The translations under genes were made by a program, and so were the position numbers. A DNA stretch of 64,000 nt from assembly GCA_000165425.1 (NCBI GenBank), contig CT868041.1:310001-374000 (forward strand), read 5' to 3'. This document shows, piece by piece, positions 30,697 to 43,000 of this stretch. This DNA comes from Paramecium tetraurelia. Its lineage: Eukaryota. Position 1 is the stretch's first letter. Each line of letters starts with the position of its first letter. Below the pieces are notes generated by a model. It made no database searches and was not told the origin of the DNA. It saw nothing but the letters and a program-made list of their open reading frames with translations.

Positions 30697-31187
30697 ATAT
30701 ACTCAATCACTATTGTTTAATGTTATTATTTATTCCTTATATTTAGTTTTATATAATTTTATTAATGATGGCTTCTCTATAAATTAAACTAAGTAAATTA
30801 GAGTCTTTTTATACCGACCATCCCTCGAATACAATTAAAGACCCTGCTAATAATGCAATAAAAATTTTTTGAAATTCTAATGAAACGTGTTTTATAAAAT
30901 TTAATTTTATAAAGTCATTTTTTATTAACTGAGTCTAGTAACTCTCCAAACATAATACACCTTAAAGCAATTTAGGATGAGCATTTCTTCCCCCACAATC
31001 ATCAATAAGATCACTGATAAGAATTGTTCTGAGCCTCATTTTGATCGATTCCGATGATTCTGAATGATAATAAATTTGATGGTAGAAAGAATTATTTTAA
31101 TGAGAAAATTCTGGTTATTAAAATTTTCAGTACAAATTGATTATTTTTAAAGCAATAATAAATTAATATTTGTTTGAAAAATAAAAA

Positions 31188-31394
31188 ATGGGTTGTAGTT
31201 CCGCTAAGGGAAAAAGGAAGGGTTCACTCTCTATCCCAAAAAATGGTATTTTGAAAAGACCTAGCAATCAGCAATAAGTGTTATCAGATTTAGTTAGTAC
31301 CAAAAAGAAGACTCTCAGTTTTTAAATGCTATCAATTAATTCCTAAGAAGCAAATAGAAGAAGTAGCCATACAAGGCAGATTATATCTGACTGA
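31188..31394 (+). CDS. 68-aa MGC microprotein with GILK and RVxF-like motifs
   Basis: MGCSSAKGKRKGSLSIPKNGILKRP..KKKTLSF..RRSS; A-rich context before the ATG. Confidence 0.65.
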
Positions 31395-31853
31395 TACGAC
31401 CGAAATGTGTGATTATATTTTGATTATATGTTGTAGTTTATAATAGAGTATTAAAAAATCGTTCTACTTTTATTGTCTTTTCTTTAGTCGATCTCATGAA
31501 CCAATTACTTATTATTTAGAATACCCAAGGGAACACGTCTCAACTTATATATCAACAGTACTGTTTACATTATTGAATGAAGTTTTAAATTGAGGTTACA
31601 TTTTATACAAAATTTGATGATTTTATGACTACATATATATTGAGAACTTCGAATCTCATTTCAACGATATGAACTCTGTTTTGATGTTTTTAATAAATAT
31701 TATTGTTCTTAAATTAATATATATAATGCATTTGTAAATTAATGCAAAAATATTTAATTAAATTTAATTTATTAATTAAATTCCACTTCATAAAATGAAC
31801 TACAAAGCAATGCATAATTGCAAGGAATTCGAATAATTAAATATTTAGAATTG

Positions 31854-32906
31854 ATGAGTTGGGGATAGCCAGAATAAGCACCTTAGCAAGAATAATCTTG
31901 GGGTAATACTGAATCAACATGGGGCAATAATGGTGGTGACTAATAGTAATAGGATAATAAACCTGCTTGGGGAGGAGAATCAAATGATGGTTAGGAGAAT
32001 AGGGAATTCAGAGGAAGAGGCGGAAGAGGAGGCAGAGGTGGAAGAGGAGACAGAGGAGGAAGAGGAAGAGGAGGTGATAGAGGAAGAGGCGGTGATAGAG
32101 GAGGACGAGGAGGCAGAGGTAGAGGAAGAGGCAATGATGAAAACAAGGAGGAAGGAGAGATCAAACCTAAAACTGAAAGCGGAGGCTGGGGATAGTAGAC
32201 ATCAGATGGATGGGGTTAAACTTAGTAAGAGAATAAAGAACCAGCTCAAGGGTAATCCGATGGTAATAATTGGGGGGGAGGAGCACCTACTGAGAATGCT
32301 GGAGGATGGGGATAATCGAATAATGAAGCTCAAGGGTGGGGTGGAAATTAAGAAAATAATAATAATCAGGATGGTTAATAGGAATAATAGAAGGGTAAGG
32401 GGAAAGGAAGAAAGAGAGATTCACCTCCTCCTGCGAAGAGAGTTAGGCCTAATCCAATAGTGATTACAGTAGAAGATGAAGAGGATAGTGAAACTTAACA
32501 TGTTATAATAAATGAATATCCAGTGTTGCAAAACAAGTAGAAGGGACTGATCAAGAGTGAGGAATAGTAAATATGTTTTGAAGGTAATTTGAAGATAGAT
32601 GAAAATAATATGAGTGCATAATTCGTTAGTTTTGATACCGAAATAAAAGTTAAAATTGATTAAATCGAAGATTACACAATAGAGAATTCAAAGGATTTAC
32701 TGAAAACTATTGGAGATTCAATAATAGTAGGAATAGTTCAAGGTGTTGACAAGGATAATCAGAAGGCTATAAATAAATTAGCAGACAATCTTTTGGATAA
32801 GCAACAGTCGATTCACTTCAAAGATGTCAGTCTATTTAGCATCAAATAATTGTATAAGGGAGAGAGTACTTCAAGATTGGCATTCGTCAAGTAGATTTAA
32901 GGGTGA
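31854..32906 (+). CDS. WG/GW-repeat and RGG-box protein with globular C-terminal domain, 350 aa
   Basis: intronless frame with nine WG dipeptides flanking an RGG block, and basic KRDSPPPAKRVR. Confidence 0.88.
32010..32132 (+). repeat. purine-rich AGA-GGA repeat encoding the RGG box
   Basis: RGRGGRGGRGGRGDRGGRGRGGDRGRGGDRGGRGGRGRGRG. Confidence 0.9.
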
Positions 32907-32946
32907 TGATTATGGATATTATTAAATAAAATATGAATGTAATTTT

Positions 32947-33833
32947 TCAATGTTTCACTGGATGTGGGTGTTCGTGATTCCATTCTTCATAAGACCCATC
33001 AAATAGAAGTAATCTAATATATATATGTATTTGCTATTACTCTTTTTTCTTAAGAATTTCTTAGGCCAGAAGTGCAATGCAACTTAATTTCCCAGTTTGA
33101 CAAGTGTTAACAATTTTCTTGGTAATATCAATTTAGTGACTTTTGTATAGCTTTTGTAAATTTTCAGTAGATTTCATGGTGTGATCGTCATTCAAGTACT
33201 CTGAATAGGGTAAATTATACGATCCAGGTATAGATCCCTTCTTGTACCTTGGTTGATCCCTTGCATCCAAAAGTAGCCAATCATCACCTTTTGGGTCCTT
33301 GTGTTGTTTGAGATAGGAAATCACGGATACATCGTTTGTAGTTAAGGAGGTCACTTAATCCTTTGGTTAGTCCTCTTGAAATAAACACTAATCATACACT
33401 TATTCAAATCCTCAAAAACTTTGCTTTCATGTTTATCGATGTCGTGTTGATGATGCCACTTATTAAATCCACCATCTAAGACATAGACTCTTTTGAATCC
33501 GAAATATCTAAAGGTAAACCAAGCTCTGGCAGCGAAATGAATGTGTTCATCAAAAAATACGATGGGAGTCAGATGATCATATTAATTGTCCTGAATATAT
33601 TTCTCAAAAGTGTTTTTGGTTGGTAATTTACGAGGTACTGGAACAGGAGTAGCTGTGATATCAATTAAATTGAGGGTTGATTAGTCCAAAGTAATTCTGT
33701 GAGCATGGGTGAATTTATTGTTTTCTTCTTAGTTATGATGATGATCTGTCATGATTACATTGACTATTTTTATTCTGGATTTATTTTTGACTAGATAATG
33801 CAAGTATGGTGCAGAAATCAATGATCCACGCAT
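32947..33833 (-). CDS. tandem rhodanese sulfurtransferase (TST/MPST family)
   Basis: AARAWFTFRYFG..VLDGG, LLDARD..GSIPGS, TCQTGK active loop, FDGSYEEW. Confidence 0.88.
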
Positions 33834-33970
33834 TTTTAATATAAAATTGATTAATTTAGGAATTCGATATTAAATATTGTGTAGTATTTAATATTAATTA
33901 TGAAAATTGAAATCACTAAATAGACACAGAGGGGATAAATTAAATATCCTTTTGTGAGTAATAAATAATT

Positions 33971-36900
33971 ATGAATTTACTTTTATTTATTACTTTGATT
34001 AAATCATGCTACAACTAGGCTGTGAATACTTATGTTAAAATCGGATGTGTTGAGATAGTAAATGGGAATTGTGTAAAATTATGCAAACTTGGATTGTTCG
34101 ATTGTGATGATTATCAGAATCTTATTTGCGAATATGGATACTTCAACTACGAAAGTACCTGTGTTCAATGTCCGAAATAAAATCTGAATGATGATTCTGT
34201 AATTTATTGTGGAGATTGTATTGATAATTCTAAGACATGGTAAAATTCCAGGTTGTGCACTTACGATTTCATAATAGAAGATGACGATAGATTGAATGGA
34301 GCCTACATAAAACGAATTAATGAGTACAGCGAATTATATGTTATTGGCGTTGCTACCACTTAATTAATGTGGAATAAACCCATTGCACGTGATACAACAA
34401 GACAATACGAATCCTAGATTTGCAGTGGATGTCATACTATTTGTACATCAACATCAGATCCGTTCTGCAATACCATATCCAATGAAGTAGATCAGCTAGT
34501 TAAAGGAATCACTTGTTTGGATGGATATTTTTTTTAGAATGGAGTCTGTGTTGCCTGTGGCATCAATTGCATAGAATGTAAGGATAGATACACTTGTGTT
34601 GAGTGTTATTCTGGTTACTATCTAAATGGTTTAGTGTGTGATAAATGCTAATCCAATTGTTTGGATTGTCTCAAACCTATTACCGAAGCAACCATCAAAT
34701 GCTACTCCTGTTTAAGTCCAAATATCATTTCTATTGATAGATCAGTCTGTGAAAGTTGTGGTGACTCCTGCTTACGATGCGAGTATGTTAGTTATGACTA
34801 GATCACCAAATATAAATTTATCACCAGAGATAACGTGGACCCGGCAATCGATGACATCAATAGATATGTCAAAAGATGCAGACAGTGTGATGGCAATAAC
34901 TTGGTTGATTACAGAGGATAAGATTGTGTACAATGTTAAATCAAAGATTGCTTAAAATGTTATTATACTATCACTATGGGCGGAGTCTCTAGGTCTACAC
35001 TTGATCTAGACTTTTAGCCTCTAAAACCATCAGAGTAGGCATCCTAATAGCTATGTTACTTATGTGCATCTGGCACCTCTCTAAGTCCTGATATGACTTA
35101 ATGTATGCCCTAGGCTCCTACTACACCTGTAGTAGATTGTCTTTACTATGGAGACAGCAGCAACAAATGCTAGCAATGTTAGAATTATCAAATCTTGGAT
35201 TTTGATAACAATCTGTGCAAATCAGATTTCTGCTTTACATAAATCAAAAATTGTCAGAATTGTTATCAATATCGAACAATAAACATAGTCCAATAGAAGA
35301 CATTCTATCATTGTACTAAATGTGAGGAATACTATTATCCTGATTTTTTCACGGGAACATGCGAACATTGTCCCAACCATTGTTCTTCTTGTTGGTAATA
35401 CTCATAGACTTACAATTTCACTTTGTACAATGAAATCCCAAAAATCATTCAAAATAGAAAGATCTATTATTTAGATGGTGCTATAAATATCTATTGTTCA
35501 GAATGTGAAAGCGGCTTTTAATTGTACAATAATTAATGTTTGGGATGCACAAGCAATTGCATGATACCTGCAACTGGAGTAGCAACCTTAAAATCGTCTT
35601 GTCTTTATAAATCTAAATATGCATTATGCTCCTAATGTTATGAACCCTTATATCAAAGATCACTTACTTCTGATCTATCAGAATGTCAAGAATGTCCGAA
35701 TTACTGTCTTGCCTGTCATGAACGATTAAAATCCTAATTTCCTAACAAGTACTTTAACCCAAGCAGTCAAATCCTACAGAAATACAGTAGATCATGCTAT
35801 AAATTATAAACTGTAAGTGGAGGTTCTGCAGTTATTCATTATAATTCCTAACTCAACATGCCTGTTAGTTGTAATACAGATTAGCCTTGTAGATACAAAT
35901 ATGACATTGACTTAATCCTCTTTTGCAGCGTTGAGGATTATCTGTCATAATTGACATTTTCCCCATCGAATGCCAAATTCTATTATAATCTAGCTACCTC
36001 TTATACGACTAAAAGTGAGGATGTTGCCACCATCAAATTTGCAAATCTAGAAACATTAGTGTTTTATGAGTATTTGAACACTCTACCACTTGAAATCCTG
36101 AATTTGAATCTTAAAATTAAAGGTGATAGTAATAATAATTGCAACTTCTCAAAATCTACTAGAATCCTGACCCAATTTCATGAAAATGTCTTTTCTTTAA
36201 TAGACTTCAAGTTCACAATTATGAGTTATTCATCAGACCCCTTGAATTTGTATGTGAATGGAAATTTTACACTCTCCAATTATCCCAATATTATCATCCA
36301 GAATATAAGACTGTACACACAAGAATCCTAGTTCATTTTCAAACTAGATGAATGTTCAAACCTATTTCTTAGCAGTGTTTAATTTCAAAAGGTTTCCTCA
36401 ACTGCACTTTAGATTCTACTATAAAATTTGGACAAACTAGATATGCAAGATGTCACCTTTGACAACTTTACAGGCACTAACGATATCATTTCCTTCTCTC
36501 CAATAAAGCAAATAGTAATGTAGAATGTTGTCTTCAACTCATTAAAATTAAAGTCTATTTATTTAATAGAAATGCACCCATAAGTTGATATTAAGATGAA
36601 CAATATTAAGATAAGCAACTCTGTCTTTGTAGATTTTCATTTCATTGGTGATTTAGAACCCAACGATTAATTGATTGGCAAGACTATTATAATTGGTCTA
36701 GAGATAATCAATAATACATTTAATAGTTCCTTCATTTTTAAGACTTCGAATAGTGAGAAGTTCTTTTTAAGTCAATTATCATTTAAAGATAATCTAATTT
36801 ATGATTCAGAGTTATTTATCTCTAATCATTTTATTTTTTCAAATGCCTTGATTTACAATAATCAATTTGGAGTTGGAGCCAGTTTATTAGGAACTAGTGA

Positions 36901-39900
36901 TGAAATATTTGAGGAACAATTGTATACTTTGAGTGAGTCCAATTTCACAGACGTTCAAATTGTAAACAATAGTTGCTATCAATCCTTGATATAAATACAA
37001 TCACCATTCAATCAATAATATATTGTGATGAATATCAAAATCGATTCACTATATGTAGATCAAATTGAAACTTCAAAAGATGGCACTCCACTTATTTAAA
37101 TTAAGGAAGTTGGATATATTTAAATTAATAATTTAATTATAAAAAACCTCTTAAAAGTAACAGGACTAGAAATCAAGCAAGCTACCTGGGTATGGATTAA
37201 TCAATTTGAGTGTGACTCAGCCAATTAAAATACATAGATGCCTATTCAAGAAAGTTGTTTTGAGCAAAAGGAAGCCAATTCTTATTGCTTGCACATAGAA
37301 GAATTTGATAGGGGAGTGTATCTGTAGAATGGCATAATCAAGAAGCAATTATAGATGGATTCTTCCTTAATTTACATAAAATCCTTTGATTACTTGACTA
37401 AGAACACTGAGAGTAACGTAGAACTGGATAATTCAAAGTTTTTTTTTGGTTATAGTAATGAGTTAGTCAAATTGGAAGATATCAAATTCTATAATAATAC
37501 CTTGGCAATCTTGGATCCGTAGATAAAGATATCATCGATAGTAATAGATTCAACTTAAAGATAAAAGGTTCTTATAAGTGATTTAACTTTTGTTGGAAAT
37601 CATCTGCATCGAATTCCTCCATCAGTCAATGTTGATTTGGTTACGTGCATATTAATAGATTCGCCTTTAGCTGATCTCATTATTACTAATAGCGAGTTTC
37701 TAGATAATAGAGCAACCAAGTCCATTTTAGGTCTAAACAAATTTATAGTGGATAGTGTGATATTGGATAGTCTCAATATGCAAGATACAAATGTAATTTA
37801 GATATATTATGCTGATATATTGGAAGAACACTCATTATTTACTTAAGATCCAAAGGTAGAGATATAGAACATTCAGAGTTACTTTGAAATTTAATCCTTG
37901 GGATCTAATATCTATTTTGATTGTGATAACATAAGTATTTCAAATTTAACAATCAATAATTCAGTTGGATTGGATGGTGCAGGTATGTTTATAGTTGGAA
38001 GCGAGAAATTAGTTGTTAAGATGTCTGATATAGTGATGAAAAACTTGGTTTGTTCGTTGGAATATGATACTCTAGGCTGTGGTATGTACATCAACACATA
38101 GGTGTCTTCACTATCTTTAGAGATTTAGGATATGACCATGGATAAGATAATCGCATATCAAGGAGCTGGTATTTATATTCTGAGTTAACAATTTCTTATC
38201 TAAGTGAGCATCAGAGATTCAATATTCCATCAATGTCAATCTCTTGATTCTTAAGTGTTCTATTTCAAGCAATAGACATTCACTACTTCAATACCTTCAA
38301 TCCTTTTTGACAACTGTACTGTCTATAATAACCATTATGATAACTACTTATTGAATATAATCACATTAAGACCATAAATTGATTATGATGCCAGAGTGGA
38401 GGATGAAAATCAGCTGATTTCTATTGATTATGCCACAATTACGATTACAAATTGTCTATTTACTGATATATCTTTTACTACGATATTGAAATTACAAAAT
38501 ATCATCTAATTGACTATTTTGAATACCAATATCAACAATGTAGCTATTGGATTATCTAAATTGATTAATTTGGAATTCTATAATTAAGTGGGACACATAT
38601 CGATATCTGGATTGATTATTCAAAATGTTTATCCATATCCTTAATGGGATTAGTAGCAGATGGATTATTTAAAATCAAAGTATAGTGATCAACTCGAATC
38701 TTCGACAGTGGCTGAATAGGTTGATCAATTATAAGAATGCAAATTGCCTAAAACTTCTGGTTTTGTAGTGAATCTTGCAACTATTTCATATGACATTGAT
38801 ACTAGCAAAATACCTAGGAATCCTGTTCAATACAGTAAATTCAATACTACATTATATACCTACTATACTAATTATGAAGATACTTCATTAATCACTTATT
38901 TGTACTCCGAATATATTATTAATAATTTAATTAACTCATATCCGGCCTTAATTTACTTACCAGATGTGGACTTCATTAGTACAGATGCTTCAACACTCTC
39001 ACACTCTCTCTAAATTAACAAACTACTCCTAAAATCTATTACATGTGGATATTGCACTTATGGTTTATTTTATATTTAAAATATCAACACCAAAGCAAAT
39101 AAAAGCATTGTGTTGAATGAAGTCAATTGTGTCAACAATGTTGTAGATCAATATGGATGCATAAATTTAAAAGGAAGAACAACTAGTGATTTGAAAAACA
39201 CAAAGATCTATACAATCATAGTTGAGAATAGCAATTTCATGAATAATTAAGCAGTTTATGGGGCTGGTTTGAGTGTGTAAAATGTATCTCTATATCTCAA
39301 GAATACCTCCTTCTTAGATAATACAGCCACTAAAACAGGTGGAGCCATTCTATTCTCTCAATCTAATAAATAAATATATTTGGAGGAGGTTACCATTTAA
39401 GGGAACAAAGCAGATATTGGTGGGGGAATCTACATGAATGGTTAGAGCTTACCTGGTTAGGATGTCAATATTATTGGCAACACAGGTAGAAGTCTAGTTG
39501 AAGAAATACCCTAGCATCTGAGCATTTCGATGATCAAGGGTGCTATTTTACCGACTAAAGTATTTGATACTAATATTGATGCACTCTCATTAACGTTGAA
39601 TCTACCATCTGGTCAAAGCATCTCATCCTACAAACTTTACTATCAACCAACATAGGAGTAAGTCCCATATGATTGGATATTCAGAGTCATGAATTTAGAT
39701 AGAAATCACAATCCAATCTTAACAGCCTCATTAACAGATACATGTAATATCACAGGGAGAATGTAGAATTCTGAGAACTTTGATAAAACTCTCAAATTCC
39801 TTAGTAATTATACATAACCTTCGCTCATCTATTTTAGCGATGAATCATTCAATCTAGATGAATTAATAATTACATTTGATCCATATTTACCTGAATAATA

Positions 39901-41890
39901 CTACCTTCAGTTACAGTTTTAATGTTCAACTATAAAATTACCAATCGAACCATATCCTTATCAATCCTATAGTACAAACTATGCATTATATGTCAATCTT
40001 AGAACATTGCCTTGTTAATTAGGAGAAGCATATACTGCATAAAAGTGTTAAGTTTGTGGGAAAGGTTAGTATGCTTTAACAATCAATTAAGTTATATGCA
40101 CAAATATGGATGTTTAATCAATGGAGGAAGTGACACCAGTGAGAATAAAACTGTTTTCTGGATATTGGAGATACGATAATGATAGAGTAGAGAACTGTTA
40201 TAATTTGGAAGAGAATTGCAATGGCGGATGGATTCCAGGAAATCCTTCCTGTTACTCTGGACACACTGGAGCATTGTGTGAATCATGTGATATCTATGGC
40301 ATCAGGGGAGAACAGTATAGCATAAGTACAAAATACAAGTGTGGATAATGTTCACAAACAAAGTCGAATAATTCCTTAACGATTGCAGCCATCTGCATTT
40401 TCACTCTGCTTTAGATGGTATTGTCGGTTAGAGGTAACTTTTAGATGATCGAAAACTTTATCAAAGAATAAGTATTATAATCAATCGGAGTAAGGATGAA
40501 TGTAACGTAAGCAAACTTGTCGATTTTGATAAAGATCGTAATCAATTATTTCTAGATAATAAGTGCCTTGGGAACATTTCGAATATCCATTCCTACTAAT
40601 TTAATATCCTCAGTTGACATAGTAGCCAATCCTACTCAATCGATGGCTTATTCTTTGGATTGCTTCCTGATTGAGATAACCATTACTGAGATTTTGTATT
40701 TCAGAATGATTTGGGCATTAGTGATGCCACTAATTTATTTGTTAATCTTCTTCATGGGGTATTTCCTTGGAGTCATCACAACCTTCTTACCAGCCAGGAT
40801 GAATATTATCTATACTACCTTCATCTACATGTTCATATATCTGCAGCCCACACTAATAGGTGGGTTCATAGCCTTATTGTCATCGAGAACATTGGGAGGT
40901 GTGGATTTTGTGTAATCAGACGTTCAGTATCTATATGACAGCAGTACTCACTATTTTTGGATGGTAATATTCGCAGCACCGAACATCTTCTGTTGGGGAG
41001 CCTTGTTCCCTTACATCTTCATGCATTTGATCAGGAGGAATAACCAAACGTTGACTTCAATTCAAACTCGCAGGAAATATGGATACTTTTATAATGAATA
41101 TACCTAACATGCTTATTTGTGGGAATTCGTTAAGATCTTTGAAAAGCAGTTTGTGTTGATGGCTCTCACTTATTATGAAGATACGGTGATCATTAAAGGC
41201 CTTATGGTATTTTTGATTGTGTTTATCTATGGGATCCTATCCTTTGAATTTTAACCTTATTAGAGTAAGAGACTTAATTATATTGATCAAATGTCTGCAG
41301 CCGTATGCGTGTTTTCACTCTGTTTGGGAGTTCTAATAAAGGCTTCTTAGAGTGAGAACATGGAATATTTGTAATTTATAATGTTTTCAATTATCGGAGT
41401 TCTGAATTTGCTCTTTTTATTGATCCTTCTCTTTGAAGTGTTTCGTGGATACATCGACAAATTCGAAATTCATATAGACAAGATTAGAGACAAGATCAGA
41501 TAGAAGTACCCGCAATTTTAGAATTACAAATGGATTCGTCAACTTCTGATCAACAGAGGAGAATTAAAGAAGAGAATTAAAATTCTTTGGTCTCATCTGC
41601 GATATCAAACTCACAGAGGAATAATGAGGAGAAGACAGGACAAGAATCTACCTCTATTTGAAGTCAAGTTGATTCTCTAGGACTCAGAGAAAGATATAGA
41701 TCATTCCCGTGCCGAATCCAGAGTGGAATCAAAGGCAAATTCGAGATTGTCAGTCATTGACATAAATCAAGAGGAACTGATGCAGTTAGCTAATTACAGT
41801 AGTTTATAGGCCAAAACGCCAGAGATCCAAAAGATCTACCCTTTGGAGAGTTAGAAGAGTATTGCTTAGTTGACAAAAAAGAGAATATGA
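33971..41890 (+). CDS. giant surface protein: signal peptide, furin-like Cys repeats, beta-helix region, multi-TM C-terminus (2639 aa)
   Basis: 7920 nt; the main ORF-track fragments share its frame; CxxC repeats; GGAI/GGGIY; GHTGALCESC; NYFQ, SLDC, YGYFYNEY, WEFVK. Confidence 0.9.
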
Positions 41891-41914
41891 GTTAGCTTAT
41901 AATTATAATATGCA

Positions 41915-42541
41915 TCAGACTTTTGGTAAGGGTGCTTTATTAATTATCTATTTATTAAATTACTTTTGTTGTGTTTCCTGATGCTTATGTCGACTGTTCT
42001 TGATTGAACTGGAGTTTCGGAGCGGAAATGCTAAGGCAAAAAGCAATTGTAAATTCTCCTTGAATTCTGAGTGATGTTCTTCAGATATTTCTTGCTTTAT
42101 TTATACTCTTTTTTAATCTTATCAAAGGAGATGACTGAACTAGTTTATCTTAACCGTCTCTCTATGGACTAATCTGTCTTCTTACTAACATACTTCATTA
42201 TCTTCGATCAATCTCTTCATATCAATTATTTTCTATCCCAAATTTGATGGTCGTGGGATGTCTGATGTGTCCAACTTCCCATAATAAGATGGACAATGAT
42301 TGATTTCTAGAATCCGCGATACTAGAGCCTTCTTGATTGTTGGGTCTTCCCGTACCTTTTTCAAGCTGCACACCTATTTCTTCCTCATATATGGCTAATC
42401 AACTTGAACTGGAGTAGCCTTGATTTTTATTATCTGATGCAGATGTTTCTGATATGACTTATTGATACTCAACAACTTTACTTTCATTAATTAATACTCT
42501 GAAACTGGCGTGATGATTTCATTTTTATTCCAAATATTCAT
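41915..42541 (-). CDS. hypothetical basic protein
   Basis: MNIWNKNEIITP.. coding-like; intron structure unresolved. Confidence 0.4.
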
Positions 42542-43000
42542 TAAATTAAATAAAATCTCCAACAATCAACAAATAACGACAACCCTCAATCTCTCACTTC
42601 GTTTGTTGACCCTGTTTAAATATATATCAAAATTAAATGTTAAAGAAGTTAAGTCACTTTCTGCTTGTTGAAAATAGAACCATCCTTTCTATAAGAGATT
42701 TATAGATGAAATCTTAAAGGGAATGAAGTAGCTAAAAATTACCTTAGTTAATCCAGCAATTTTAAAGTCTATTACTCTTAATCATAAATCATTTTTTTAA
42801 GCCATCTTGTGTGTACCATTAATGAAAGAATTAGTCGTATTACTCAAAAGGAAGGTACCCAGGTAGGTGTAATATTGCAATGATCAAATCTGGAAGGACA
42901 TAGATAAAATCCTTTAAAGTACTTTGTTCAGCAACATTAACATATTCTTAATAATACATAGAATTAATCTAATCAAATAATATTGATTATTAATTAAATT

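Noticed and set aside
30710..31040. Possible small minus-strand ORF (MRLRTILISDL..)
   Set aside because: No motif; TGA-free frames of this length arise easily with a single stop codon
31930..32460. Glu-rich 176-aa ORF in the ORF track
   Set aside because: Shadow frame of the RGG/WG gene, whose frame runs from ATG 31854 to TGA 32906
42638..42986. Possible small plus-strand gene upstream of the RdRP-like gene
   Set aside because: Start and frame unresolved; no recognisable homology
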